IMG/VR virus record: IMGVR_UViG_3300046453_000081 | Span: 1-64,000 of that record | Length of the DNA stretch: 64,000 bases | Reading direction: 5' to 3' (one strand) | From: a virus | In this document: in pieces, positions 20,659 through 33,532 of the stretch | Layout: every line of letters starts with the position of its first letter | How positions within the stretch are numbered: position 1 is the first letter of the stretch | Made by a program: the position numbers and the translations under genes | Notes under the pieces: model-generated | Database searches by the model: none | What the model was told of the DNA's origin: nothing | What the model saw: the letters and a program-made list of their open reading frames with translations, nothing else

Positions 20659-23600
20659 TCAATCGAATGCAATATATATTTGACGATTAACAATACAATT
20701 ATTTAATATAATCGTACTTCCATATTTCTTTTTGTATTTTTTCTTAATGCGTTTCTTTCTTGACATTTTAATTCCAGTTGGTAAGTCAATCATATCCGTC
20801 ACAATGTCAAATCTGTCATCCAAAGATGGGGTGAAGCCTTTGCAGAATTTCACTTTGTTTGAGTCTATAGAGTGTTTCCTACTGGAAATAATTCTGCCTA
20901 TTATTGGGTTGCCCAAACCTTGACATATACTTACATGCTCGGTTTCTATCGTTATGTCTAATGGGTTTAGAGTGCCAACTTCCTCATTTTTATATTTAAT
21001 AACTGTCTTATAATGTCTCATATCGTCACGACATGGCAGGGCTAAAGGTGTATCGCCCTTTCCAAGTCTTGCCTGACATTACAGGCAAACCATTCTTAAA
21101 CAGTGGACTTACTACTGTTTTTATAGATTGATTCCTTACAATGTTTACTTCGTGTTCTTCTGCCTTGTTTGCAAGTACATACATAAAATTACGACCATAA
21201 TTTTCTCCAATCATATGAATTCTATCATCGTAAATATGTTTAATAACATAGTATTCCCAATCAGCACTCTTATTTCCATCGTGGAATGAAATTTCACATA
21301 ATTGACCCTCAATCATTTTTGTCATATTATTGTTCTTCCTTTCTTGTTACCAAGACCTTTTGAACATTTTCCACTGTCCAAAAATTTGGTTTATAATTAA
21401 ATTCTTCCATCCAAGCGTACAAGACATCATTTAATCTCTCTTCTAATATAGATTCATGTTCTCTTGAGACATCATACAGGTAATCTTCTGCATACTCACC
21501 CGCCTGTTCATATGCTTGTTCTCCTAACTGGTCTAACAGCCAATTGGTGTTAATACTAACTATTACCTCTTTAGTTTGACCAACATAAATAAAATCTCTA
21601 TCATCGTCAGCTTCATATACATAGTATTCAGCTTCAGCAATAGCTTCCGCTTTAGTTCTAAAATCACCTTCAAAATTCTCTTCATTAAAACTATAACACC
21701 ATTTGCCTTCACCCATGTTTATCACTCCTTTTATTTAATTATCAGCTAAAAACCTTTTTAATCTATCTTGATATATATCAATCTCTGAAATAAACTCTGC
21801 TAGAATTCGAAAAGCTTTCTCAAAGTCTTCTTCATTAAAATCCTCAGAAACTACCACAGCAAACATAGCATCTTCGTCACCATATTCATTGTAAACAAAA
21901 TAATTTGGGTCAGTTGCTTCTAATTCATTTTTTCGATAGGCTTTTGCCCACATGTTATATTTTTCAGGGGATAAATACCCTCTACCTAAACACCAACTCA
22001 TATATGTTAATGGATGAATATCTGAATTAAAATAGTCTGTAAAACTTTCCCCTGCTTCCATTTGCCACTCCATAACAGATTCATAAATTTCTTGCTTATT
22101 CATATTTGCCACACTCCTAATATATTAGAATATTATCTGTTTTTTCAATTCTCCATTGGTTTTTGAATATTATTTTCAAACCAATATTTTCCTTGAAAAT
22201 TTGAATCAAAGCTAAATACTAATTCATCATTTATATTCACTGTTATTAAATTTTTCCCTTCAGTTATATCTCTCTTTATTGTTACGCTATCTATATCTCT
22301 CCATCCAAGTGAAGTACTACACATGCCTTCACTTACATTTGATATTCTAACTCTCGACCTACCCCTATACTTTTTTAGTTGTTTCTTTCTTAATCGTTGT
22401 TTCATGCTTCTCCATCCCCTATTGAAATGAGAAATTTATCAAGCAAACCAATTCCTATTTTCACACTTTTGACTCCATTTATTAAATATTAAAGTATTTT
22501 TATTCAGATTCATTGTTAAATTCTTTTTCAAACTCTTCACTTTCTTGTTGATATAATGATGTCAGTACATAGTCCAATCTTGATACCTGCCCCATAAGAT
22601 TGTCCCTTGTTTTTTCAATTTCTTCTATAAGTTCTCTAATATTTAATACTCTCATATTTTTTCACCTCTTAATAAAATTGCATCGTTATGAATTTCTTTT
22701 ATCCTGTCTTGATAATCTTGCTCGTTTTCTCTAATCTTATAACATGACCAACATATAATAGTATTGTAAACAATATCATCAAAAGGAACGCTTACACGAC
22801 CACTACATCTAGCACAGTTCATACTATCACCTCAATTTTCGTAAAAACCTGTTAAATTATAATGTTTATGTGTGTCTTTAATCCACTCAACAGGTACATC
22901 ATCCCTATAAATATTAAAATCCTTTAATGCTTCTAGGTATCCATCTATTCTTTTATCAATTTTGTCATGGTAATAGTCGCCCACTAATATTACTTTTTCC
23001 CTATCTAAATCAAACAACGCTCTTTCTTCTTCAAAATTGTCATTCACATAAATAATCAGATTCATATAATTTCCTCCTAATAAAAGTGTTATTTTGAAAA
23101 ATCATAAGATACATCCATTCTATTCACTTCTTTAACATTTACGTTTAATAAACTTAGATGTTTTACACCTTTATTCATAATTTCATTTATTACTGCGACA
23201 TGAAAATCTTTTCCATATTTACTCATGTTATCATATGTTAAAACTATATTCACACTGATAGACTTTCAAACACCTCTTGAAAACTGCAATTCAACATCCA
23301 AAAGTACAGAGTTTTCATCAATGTACTCAACAACCAATTCTTCTAATGTGTGGCAATATCCATCATATCCGTTATAAGGTATATCTAGGTCAAATTCATT
23401 TTTGTAACTTTCTAATTTATGTTGACCATCAGCCTTTTCCTTTAAATCAATTAATCCATCTACCACATATTCATCAAATACATCTCTACTATAAGAATTA
23501 ATTGTAGTGATGTAATCTCCATCATTTGAATCTGCCACAATAGTTACTATAAATAGTTCTCTTTCGGATTTTTTAACAAATTGATATTTTTCCATCATGC

Positions 23601-24069
23601 TTCCCCCAATGCCATCTTCCAACATTCTTCACATTGTTCATATTGTGATTCCAAACCATCTTCCTGTTCTTCGCAACATAGACCCTCGAAATGGTCTAAT
23701 CCAAAACTTGAAGGACAACCTTCCAAATATTTATATTCGCCTTTTTCAATCATTCCTTTATTGTCTAGGCAGTTTTGAATATGGTCAATTGATGATTCAG
23801 AGAATTGCTTACAATAATTTAAAATAGTCTCTTTGCCAGTTTCCATACTATTCTTCATCTTCTTCCATCATTGCAATTGCTTCGCCCCAACCACTCCAAT
23901 TGTCTACTCCACATGCTTCTAAACAGCTTAGAAATTCACTTCTTTCCTGAAGTCTATCGTATTCTTCTTTTGATGTTGTTACTGTTGTCATATTAATTCC
24001 TCCTATTTTTTGACAAGGATATAGTGAATATTTCTTCACCATCAGTGGTGATGTCATATAATTGTTCAT
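20659..24069 (-). CDS. Array of small hypothetical genes (20659-21021, 21026-21325, 21327-21725, 21735-22112, 22145-22405, 22832-23065, 23266-~23598, 23595-~23846 and shorter ORFs)
   Basis: Densely packed, co-oriented, mostly acidic ORFs with RBSs; no recognisable domains. Confidence 0.6.
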
Positions 24070-24334
24070 TGCTATCTGTCATTTTATCTGTATTCTTTAT
24101 TTTTCTTATCTCTTCACATATATTACTAGGAACTCTATATTCATCTGACTGCTTTCCATTTTTAGAATAAATAACAGCAAAATAACCACCTTTGCCAGTG
24201 TAACTTGGCATTTTAGTAATTCTTACATCTGTAATAATTACAGTGTTTGAAACATTATAGTTTGACACATATGTAGTCTCACAACCTGTTAAAAACAAGA
24301 CAATAAGTATCAAACTAACCATCAACCTATTCAT
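23993..24334 (-). CDS. Putative lipoprotein
   Basis: Signal peptide with lipobox LFLTGC. Confidence 0.65.
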   Translation of the reverse strand: MNRLMVSLILIVLFLTGCETTYVSNYNVSNTVIITDVRITKMPSYTGKGGYFAVIYSKNGKQSDEYRVPSNICEEIRKIKNTDKMTDSNEQLYDITTDGEEIFTISLSKNRRN

Positions 24335-24540
24335 AAATTACACCTCTATTTAATGAAAATATTATCTCTAAATTCTTTTTCTAGATTGTCTGCAATCTCT
24401 CTATATGCATCTGCTTTGCCATACCAAATAATACTTCCTACATTACCTTCAGCTTCAAAACCCTCTGCCTGTTCACGTAGAATTTTAATAAATTCATACA
24501 TCTTCAAATCAGTTTCATTCATTATAAGCACCTGCCTTAT

Positions 24541-24912
24541 TTATCTGTTTATTTTGCTTGCAGTTGCATTGCCACCTATATTGTCACAGTTAATGGTTAC
24601 TCCTGCTGTAGCGTCCCCTTTAATATCATCACAATTAATATTGACCCCCGCACTAACATTGCCAAAAATATCGTCACAATTAACATTTGTTTTTGCTTCA
24701 ACGTTACCTGTTACGCTTCCTTTGATATTTATAGATTCTTCGCTGATAATCTTGTCAACATTGCACAACACTTTAATCTCAATTTTACACTCATTGATTT
24801 TATCTTGAACCTGTCCATCAATTATTACCGAATCACCATTAATTGTGATGCTATTACCTGAATATGTCTTACCGTTAATGATTACTTGACTATTACTTCC
24901 AATGAATCTCAT
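24541..24912 (-). CDS. Beta-solenoid repeat protein (bactofilin/DUF4097-like)
   Basis: Repeats of (V/I)NCD.I.G...A; likely start at MRFIGSN. Confidence 0.6.
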   Translation of the reverse strand: MRFIGSNSQVIINGKTYSGNSITINGDSVIIDGQVQDKINECKIEIKVLCNVDKIISEESINIKGSVTGNVEAKTNVNCDDIFGNVSAGVNINCDDIKGDATAGVTINCDNIGGNATASKINR

Positions 24913-25262
24913 TTGCCAATCCTCCATTGAAAACTATCATCTAGAAAATCAGGTTCAAAAACTGATTCATATGTTGCTTCAAATATGTCAGGCTTGCAAG
25001 GGTAGAATTCTCCTGCGACCCCTTTTATTATATAGTCACCTAAACTAGCCCTCTTTGTTCCTTCTAAAGTCTCAATCTCGAAGAATAGACTTCCTTCAGG
25101 TGTCCCATTTGGTTCATATCCTGTTCTAACAATATTGCCTATAAAGTTTGCTATTTCACCTTCGTTATATTCTTTGGCTACTCCATACTTACAAGGTATT
25201 TCCCTGACTAATTCAAATTGTACTGCTTCAATAACTACTGGTTTTTTACGATATTTTGCCAT
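24909..25262 (-). CDS. Conserved phage protein of the KKPVVIEA...YPCKPDIF family
   Basis: MAKYRKKPVVIEAVQF...TLEG...GDYIIKGVAGEFYPCKPDIFEATYE. Confidence 0.8.
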   Translation of the reverse strand: MAKYRKKPVVIEAVQFELVREIPCKYGVAKEYNEGEIANFIGNIVRTGYEPNGTPEGSLFFEIETLEGTKRASLGDYIIKGVAGEFYPCKPDIFEATYESVFEPDFLDDSFQWRIGK

Positions 25263-25273
25263 TTTTACACCTC

Positions 25274-25669
25274 TTAATTTATATCAAATATCTTTTTAGT
25301 ATTTGGGAAACTTTTTCTAGATATATTTATGCTTAAAGCTGTTAAAAGGCTGTCTAACTCTTTTAACGTTACTACACCACTAAAATCCTTATTTATTTTT
25401 TCAATCAATTCATCAACCTTCTTTTTTGCCTTTTTGGGATTATTTGGCTCGTACTCTAAAGTGTATTTGTAAACACCTTCTCCAAGATTCTCAACTGAAA
25501 TTATGTATCCCGCAGAATACAATTCACTCAATCTAGCGGTATAGCAGTTTGCAACTTTTGAAAATTCAACATTAGTTACACCTTTATTTCCTGCTTTTTT
25601 TAACATTTCAATCATTCTAGTCTTTTGTGATGGTTTCCGCTTATTTGCTTCACTCAAAATATTCGACAC
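25274..25669 (-). CDS. Winged-helix protein (paralog 1)
   Basis: SQKTRMIEMLK...GVTNVEF...Y.ARLSEL...GY.I.VENLGEGVYKY.L. Confidence 0.65.
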   Translation of the reverse strand: MSNILSEANKRKPSQKTRMIEMLKKAGNKGVTNVEFSKVANCYTARLSELYSAGYIISVENLGEGVYKYTLEYEPNNPKKAKKKVDELIEKINKDFSGVVTLKELDSLLTALSINISRKSFPNTKKIFDIN

Positions 25670-25679
25670 AATATCACCC

Positions 25680-26060
25680 CTATTTATTTTTCCTTGGTTT
25701 CTTCATTAGTGTTAGGTCTAAATCGTTCAACATTCTCACTAATTCTTCCGAACTAATAAGGTCAGAAAATTTATTTGAAATTTCATTAAATAATAACTCT
25801 TTCGCACTTCCTACATATTTGTACTCATATTTTTCAGGCTCATTGAGTAAATAATATTTACAAAGTCCACCACCGATATTTTCAACAATAATGTCATAGC
25901 CTTTTCTTTGCATTTCACCAATAATCGCACCATATCTTAAACTAATTTTTTGTAGTTCTGTATTTGTAATTCCATTTTTTTCATTTCTTAGTAATTCTAT
26001 AATTTTTTTTGATTGAGATTCTACTCTCTTTCTAGATTCTCTATAAGGGGCTTCTATCAT
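25680..26060 (-). CDS. Winged-helix protein (paralog 2)
   Basis: SQSKKIIELLR...GITNTEL...Y.A.I.E...GY.I.VENIGGGLCKY.L. Confidence 0.65.
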   Translation of the reverse strand: MIEAPYRESRKRVESQSKKIIELLRNEKNGITNTELQKISLRYGAIIGEMQRKGYDIIVENIGGGLCKYYLLNEPEKYEYKYVGSAKELLFNEISNKFSDLISSEELVRMLNDLDLTLMKKPRKNK

Positions 26061-26127
26061 ACTTATTACTCCTTTCTAAAACTTTAGATTATATAAATTA
26101 AATATCATTATATTATAATTATATTTA

Positions 26128-29100
26128 TTATTTGTTTAATAACGTTGCGAATGCAGGAGTGTGTTCTCCCATATATGCAATCACATTAAATTCAAAGAAT
26201 TCTATTGCTTCAATTTCATCCATTTCACTATTCTCCATTAAGATACTGATACATTTATCTCTGTCATACAGTGCAACAGGATAGTTACCAAACATTTCAA
26301 CATATCCAATTAATGCATCATCAAACCCATCTGCTATCAATATATTTTCATCAACATCTGCTAACATCTCTACAATATTCATAATCAATACCCTTCTTCT
26401 TCATCACTAAATTCAATAGGTTTTACCCCAACCAATTCACCTTTTTTATAGACCACACACACATAATATAATTTGTTGTCAACGTCTAGCATAATTCCCA
26501 TTTCAGGCTCATACTCTAGTGTTTTAATAATTTGAGGTTTTTTATCTTTGTTGTACCATAATTCTGCATCAAATAAGCATATCTTACATTTCATCTTATC
26601 TACCTCTTTTTCTCTATAATTCCCTTTTCTACTCTGCCATCTATATAATGAATTCGATATTCTTTAGTCATCCAAGGGCTGTGTTCACTTATAGGTGCGC
26701 CATAGATACATGGTTGGTCAGTTGCATCGTCTTCATCCCATTGTTCGTGCCATCTGTTGCCACAACATGAACAATCAAATTGTCCATCAAAATAGATTCC
26801 AATATCTTCTGCCTTATTATTTGCATCTTGATAACTATTAGCTTCAATGATTACATATTCCGCAACATCGTCAGCTACATCAAAATATCCACCACTGTTG
26901 TTTTGGCTGAAAAAATAAAACTTACCCATGTCCCATACCTCTTTTCATTTTAGTTTGCTATCAATGTTTGTGGTTCAACATAAACAATAAATTCCTTTTT
27001 ATGTTTTTCGCACTCATTGTTTTCACAGATTAATGTAATTTCTAAACCTTTGGGGGTGTCTTCTTTTGTAAGGTATTCTAAATTTTCTCGACAATATGGA
27101 CAACTTATCAACTTGTAGACCACCTTTTAATTCAGATTTATCTTCGTCTTACTAAGCAAGCCAAGTATTCGTCTTAGTAAATGCGTTACTAAACTCTAAC
27201 TCTGTTTCATAATAAGTAACTTTATCGCTCCCAAAATCTCTATGAGCAATAAGATACACATAACCATCTCTTGTTTCATGTTTAACTTTTGCCACAACTT
27301 TGTACTGAGAGTTTTTTCGTTCGTACACTTCTTCTAATTCCATTAATTGTCGCTCCTTTACATCTTTATAGAGATTGCTTTTCTCGTAAGGCGAACTAGT
27401 CTTTCAATTCACTCTCTAATTCTTCTATTCGCCTATCAATCCATTCTTTTTCACCTGCCATATACATTTCCTCACGTTTGTAATAGGCTTCAAGTAACTC
27501 TTCCTTTAATTCCTCAATCTCTTCTCGTTGTTGTTTCAGCCTTAATTCCAAAGACATTTTAACATCTCCTTTACGACACAATTTTGATGATTTAGTTAAC
27601 AACTGTCTTTTTTAATTCTTCTACCACTTGTTCTTTTGAAACAATAACATTCATTAGTTCTAAAGCCACGCACTTATTGACACTCGTATAAAGTGGAAAT
27701 GTCTCTAAAAATGTTTCCAAATGATTTATAATTTGTTCCTCTGATTTAATCGCTTGCCGAAGCAATAATTCCTTTGCTTCTTTTGTCATTTCCATTTTTA
27801 TCGTTTTCATTTTAGTTCCTCGCTCTCTATTCTTCTATTTCTTCCAATTGTTTAAGTAGTTTTTCTTTATGTTTTAATTCTTCTCTTAATGTTGCTACAT
27901 CATTTTTTAATGTAGTAGTTTTGTCAAATGCTAAAATCCACTTAATCTGCTTTTTATAAAACTCCTGTATACAGACTCCATTTACCCAAACCATTAACAC
28001 TAATTCTTCATATATGCCATCAATTTTAAATGATTCGGCTTTTTCCTTGTCGTTGCCCGCATATAATACATCTTCTTTATATTCTTCATAGTCACCGTAA
28101 CTACCAATTACCACATAAGTTTTCATATTAGTTACCCTCCATAGTTTGTTTTATTTCTCAAAATAATTCGGATTTTATTAGATTTCAGATGATTCAACTT
28201 CATTATATTTATCATCTTTTCTCCAACCACTATTATATGGTTTAATAGTATTTTGAACCAAGTGTAAACATAGCTTCATCATATCTTCAATAAACTGTTC
28301 TTCTTGCTGTTTTCTTTCCACCATATCAATTTCATCGTCCATATATCCCCAAGACCAGTTTTGAATACTTTGTAAAGTATCACAACCACTACATGAACCA
28401 TAGTCAACATACGTCATCAAATATTCGTGTGCGCTTGGCTGATATGTTCTTAATGGAATAAGGTACAATAGTGTGCCTTGGTAATCACCATCGTTAATCT
28501 CTTTAATTAAACCATAATTATAGTTATCAGAATCCAAATCATCTTCGTCATTGTTGAAAATGATTTCTACTACTTTTTCAACAATTTTTTTATATGAGAA
28601 TTCGTTCCATAATGTAATATTTTCACGAATATCAGCTAATAACTTGTCTCTATTTTTGTCCCATTGGTCTACACAATATATAATCATATTATCAATCCTA
28701 TCTATTGTTTTTACAGTCTACTAAACTCTACTATTTCATTGTTAGAAGTGTCGATTTCAACACACAATCTCTCTTTATTGAACAACCCATTCAAAACACC
28801 TAACAAACCAACTTTACATACCCCATCTCTTTCTCCTACAACAATAGTTGGATGGTCAGCCAATACTTCATTGCATACAACTCTATTATTTACAAGTTCT
28901 GTAATTGCTTGTCTATCAATAACTAACATTTGATTCAAAAGATTAATAATATCATCTAAAGTTATTTTTTGACTTTTTTCACCTGTCACCATTTTCAGCG
29001 TCCTCTCCTTCATCTGTAAATACACCATCAATGATATCTTCCATGTCATCTCTATCTAAGCTAAACATTAACTCTCTGACTGTTTCTTCGAAAATCTCAT

Positions 29101-29662
29101 GTGGAACTACTTCTTTTGCAAATTCATCTTCATCTATGATTATTTGTTTAGCAACTTCCAATCCCTGTATGAAATAATGAATGTCTCTCACAGGAAAGTT
29201 GTTTACCGCTTGAAATTTACTGTCTTTATGCCTATCTATACATTGGTCGATTGTATCAATAATCCCCTCATATAACATATTTGTCTACAACCATTCGCTA
29301 TGATTTAATTGTTCTGAAATTACTCTTGCCTGATGTCCGTAATAACCATTATGGTCATTGTACGCTACAAACTGAAGAACTCCCCTGTCAGTTATTAGGT
29401 CTACAAACATTACTTGTTCATTATAAAAATCATTAAATGATTCTTTATTTAATGCTGTATCTGTAATTTGAATATCCGTCAAATTAGCCCCAATATATGA
29501 ATCTGTATCCTCTTCTGACATGAAGTATCCCCAATCCTCACAACATGATTGGTAACTGTCAATCAATAGACTAATAACTTGTTTATTAGTTTTGATTTGA
29601 TAGCCCGCTTCACCACGAACATCTACTTCTTCTATATTCAATATTTTTTCCATTATTTTCAC
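26128..29662 (-). CDS. Array of small conserved phage hypothetical genes (26128-26388, 26385-26594, 26600-26929, 27152-27343, 27592-27810, 27827-28126, 28178-28687, 28711-~28992, 28979-29278, 29285-29662)
   Basis: Co-oriented ORFs; several carry Cys motifs (CSCCG, SCSGCD, SCCE). Confidence 0.6.
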
Positions 29663-29942
29663 TCCCTAATTTTTAATTCATAATTTCTTCATAATGCGTA
29701 TTAGTCAAAAACTAATCTTCCTTTAAAAAAGAATTGATACAGCTTTCCATCAAATACCTTTTTAACCTTGCACATATAGGTATCAACACTGTTAACTCTA
29801 ATGGTTTCACCTATTTCATATTCGAATTTCGTTCTTTGTGGTTCATCATTGCCAAGCACAATATACTTTTCCATTTTATCACCTCAATATGTCACAATTA
29901 AATTCTAAGACTACCTTTCCTCGAATTGTAACGTAATTAACT

Positions 29943-30398
29943 TTATGAAACTGGTTCAGCAAGAAGAATTTTATCTCGTCCCTGAAACCAAACATCAGGT
30001 TGGATTTTGAAGTCTATTCTCGTTGCGTACCTTATTCTTGTTTCAAGTTCCATTCGATGATTTGCATAACTACTCCAATACTCCTTTTTGTCTAGGTATT
30101 GATATAGCTTTTGTTCATCATTAGGCAACGTTCCATATCTTTTTTCAAACTCTTCAACTGGCATAATCATTGAAATATCTAAATCTCTTGGGTATGGTTT
30201 CCATAAAACAGAACCAACAAGATATACAGGATAGCCTTCCTCATTTGCAACTTCTTGGGCGTATTCTCTAATTGTTAAGAAAGTTTCCCAAGTCATATGG
30301 TGATAGTCATATTGTGGTTGCGGTTCGTGTTTTGTGTATTTTGGTTGAATCACAATCTCAACTCCTTTTCTCTTGACGTAGCAACCTAATTTGTTCAA
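29943..30398 (-). CDS. Minimal Pol-beta-like nucleotidyltransferase
   Basis: PVYLVGSV...RDLDI, with a candidate third acidic residue in RIDFKIQ. Confidence 0.6.
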   Translation of the reverse strand: MNKLGCYVKRKGVEIVIQPKYTKHEPQPQYDYHHMTWETFLTIREYAQEVANEEGYPVYLVGSVLWKPYPRDLDISMIMPVEEFEKRYGTLPNDEQKLYQYLDKKEYWSSYANHRMELETRIRYATRIDFKIQPDVWFQGRDKILLAEPVS

Positions 30399-30840
30399 AC
30401 AATGACCTCACATCGTCCATTATGTGTAATTTATTATCTAAACTTTGATGAGTTTCAATTATTTCAAGTAATTTCTTTTCCATTTCCTCAACTCCTTTAC
30501 GTCTAAGTATCAGTCAATTATTCCGCATTAGTAGACTCTCGCATAAAGAATTAGTCAAACCAATCCCAATCGTCTGATACAACTATTATACCGAAGACAA
30601 CAACTAGGATTATCATTATAACTATCGTCCAAAATGTACCCATCATAATTCCTCCCAATTCACTACAGTTGTTAAAAAGAACTGCTCACAATCTTTAAAA
30701 ACTTCATTGCAGTCAGGACAGTACATATGCCCATCATCTTGACTAACTGCATCTTCATGGACACATTCATTTTTCAGCACACTCACCTCTTGTTACGTGA
30801 TAGTTGTTCTTGATAAATAAAGCCATCATATAATTGTTTA

Positions 30841-32764
30841 TCAAAGACAAGCAACAACATCATTGACCAAGTAAGCGTATTTCTTAATCCACTTCATGTT
30901 CTCCCATGCTTTTTGATTAGTGTATTCGTCTTTCTTTGGTTTGGGGTAAACACTATCTGACCAACCATTTTCGATGTGGTTGAAATAAATAACACCCCTA
31001 TCATTAATCATGTTCCATACTGTAATTTTCATCTTTTTACTCCTTTTAGTGGTACATCACAGTTGTCTATATCTTCGGATTGCGAATTAGTCATACTGTT
31101 CGTCCCAATGCTCAACGATACCTCTTGTATAAGTCCATACTCCATTTTTTTCTAGTCTTTCTAAAGTAATTTCTACTGGAACATAATCTGAACATAACTC
31201 ATTTGAGATAACGTCTAAAGCCATTATCTCTGTAGGTAAAAAACAGTTTTCTGATAAATTCATTGTGTCTTCTTCTATTTCAAAATCATAATAAATATCT
31301 TCTTGATATTGGTAAGCCAATGCCCAAAATGTCATTCCATTCTTCTCCTTTAATTACGTCTAAATTTGAGTCGTTAATGACCTGACCTATAGATTGTGTA
31401 GTTAACCTCTTTGAGATTCGATAAACTTTTTAATCTGTATTAACTCTCTCATATTTCTGAAATATAGTAACCCTGTACATTCATCTACTATTATAGATAA
31501 TTGCTTTTGAAAGTCTGCTCTCAATGATGAAGGACAGTCAATTTGGTTAGGGGTTGCGTATTTGAAACCTCCATCACTCTCATGGCAACATTGGTCAAAC
31601 ATGTTCCAGTAACAATGTTTATTGTTACATTCCATTCCAACTTCCCCTTTCTTATATTTAATTTTTTATCTACTATATAATTCGTTAAGAGAGGGGGCAT
31701 TTTCCATCTTATGATATGCTGAAGATTGCCCATTCCCCCATCCGAAAGCATAAGAGATTAAGCAGACAATAATTAATAAACTAATCTTTATACACTTTAC
31801 CAATTCTGTTCACCTCTTATTTTATTTTTAACTCCAAATCCTGTGCTTTTCCGCTACCCATTCATTCCCATCGTACTCTTCAATTGTCCATTCAACATCA
31901 TCAGGAATTTCAACTATTTTAATTCTAGAATATCTACTATTCGCTTTCTCGCCCAATTCCTCTACTAATGCTACCAAATCAGGGTCATTTCTTTCATAAT
32001 CGCAATCAAGCCATTCGATTTTTTCGGTTTTCTCTCCGAAATCTGTTAGTGATGGCTGAACAAATAAACCATCATACTCCTTATTCACCTTTTTATACAC
32101 TAAGTTTCCACCACTAAAATCTTGGTCGTAAAAGTATGTCTCTAACCCTTTTCTTCTTCTGTATTCATGGATAGCTAGATTTGATATACCGAATCCACCA
32201 TAACAGTCATTTATCATTATTTTCATTATATTTATCACTCCGTTTAATTTACTAGACTTATTGGTACAGTATTTAATTCTCTACAATATGGACACAACAC
32301 TGTTGGATTTCTATTGCTAAAATCTTTTGGTTCAAATCTTTTTATGATTGTTTGATTGCAATTCCAACAATTCATTTTTGCCAATGGTAGCTTTCTAAAC
32401 AACCAAGAGTATAAGCTATCATATGATTCAAAATAACTTACCATTCTTGGTTTCAATCATAACCCCAACCGTAATAATCTTGAGGAATATATTGAAACAT
32501 TAATGGTATTAGATTTTTCGTTATACACATACAATGTCTGCAAGCAGTCCCTTCCCAAGAAAAACCATTACCATAATTTGAATAAATTGTTACATCTTCA
32601 TCATTGTTGCATTTACATTCTCTTTCAGGGTATGTTCTCCAATTCTCCCACATTTCATCGAATGTTTCATAGAGAGCAGGTATGCAAACATCACATGTTC
32701 CGTCATATTCATAATGTAGTACTAAACCATCTTTGAATGTTACTGTTCCGCTTGAATGACTCAT
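30841..32764 (-). CDS. Array of small hypothetical genes (30841-31032, 31087-31335, 31402-31635, 31828-~32226, 32244-32456, 32453-32764)
   Basis: Co-oriented ORFs; the 31828 protein has a recurring phage pattern CYGGFG...RNDPDLV...EEYDG.EWVAEKHR.W. Confidence 0.6.
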
Positions 32765-33225
32765 TATTTATCATCCCTTTTATATAGTGTTACTTCATAC
32801 CGTTTAAATATTTCATCAATCATTTCATACACCTTTTCCCAATCACCATTTGCCAAACCGCATCCAATATTATAAGGCAATGCTACTGATTTATTATGTT
32901 TCTTACACAGGTCTTTCAAACACTTTAATCCTTTATATAAGGCATCATAACTTGTGTAAATCACATCTTCATCTCTACCATAATATTGTTGTCCAAAAAT
33001 GTTTGCTATATATTTAATCTTAGAAACTGGAACAATCTGTACTTCACCTAATAAATGAAAGGGTTTCTTCCTAGTACACAATCTCTTGTATCCTTCGAAT
33101 ACATTAGGATATTTGTCTCTAACTTGTCCACCAATCCCTGATTTCATGTCACCTTGGCAATTTACTTGATGACCTATTAAATGCTCTGTTGCTTCTAATA
33201 AATCTCCATCAATTATCCTTATCAT
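32764..33225 (-). CDS. Macrodomain protein (Poa1/TARG1/DarG-like ADP-ribose-processing class)
   Basis: Start MIRIIDGDLL (33225), HQVNCQG.M.SGI, IANIFGQ, ALPYNIGCGLANGDW. Confidence 0.88.
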   Translation of the reverse strand: MIRIIDGDLLEATEHLIGHQVNCQGDMKSGIGGQVRDKYPNVFEGYKRLCTRKKPFHLLGEVQIVPVSKIKYIANIFGQQYYGRDEDVIYTSYDALYKGLKCLKDLCKKHNKSVALPYNIGCGLANGDWEKVYEMIDEIFKRYEVTLYKRDDK

Positions 33226-33532
33226 TTGTTTCACCGCTTTTTTCTTTAAACTCATGACATCTACAATACTTACATCCACAAGGAAACATATTTTCCCAAC
33301 TGTCAAAGTGTCTATAGTAGCTATGACCACATTCACATATTTTATCATCACCAAAATTAGGATTGTAAAGACTTATCTTTCGAACTTCAAATCCCACAAG
33401 ATATGGTTGCTCTTTGACATCTTCTACCAAATGAAGACTATCTGCTTCTTTTAAGTCGCATATAAACTGCTCTTTTTTTGTATTCTCAAAGTAATTATCA
33501 AGTGATTTAGTTAATACTTTTTCTTCCCACAT
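33209..33532 (-). CDS. Cys/His-rich conserved phage protein
   Basis: YNPNFGDDKICECGHSYYRHFD...GCKYCRC. Confidence 0.65.
   Translation of the reverse strand: MWEEKVLTKSLDNYFENTKKEQFICDLKEADSLHLVEDVKEQPYLVGFEVRKISLYNPNFGDDKICECGHSYYRHFDSWENMFPCGCKYCRCHEFKEKSGETNDKDN

Noticed and set aside
32225-32241. Additional GTGATAAAT matches at gene starts (also near 21718)
   Set aside because: Explained by an extended Shine-Dalgarno sequence (GGAGTGAT), so not counted as operator copies.
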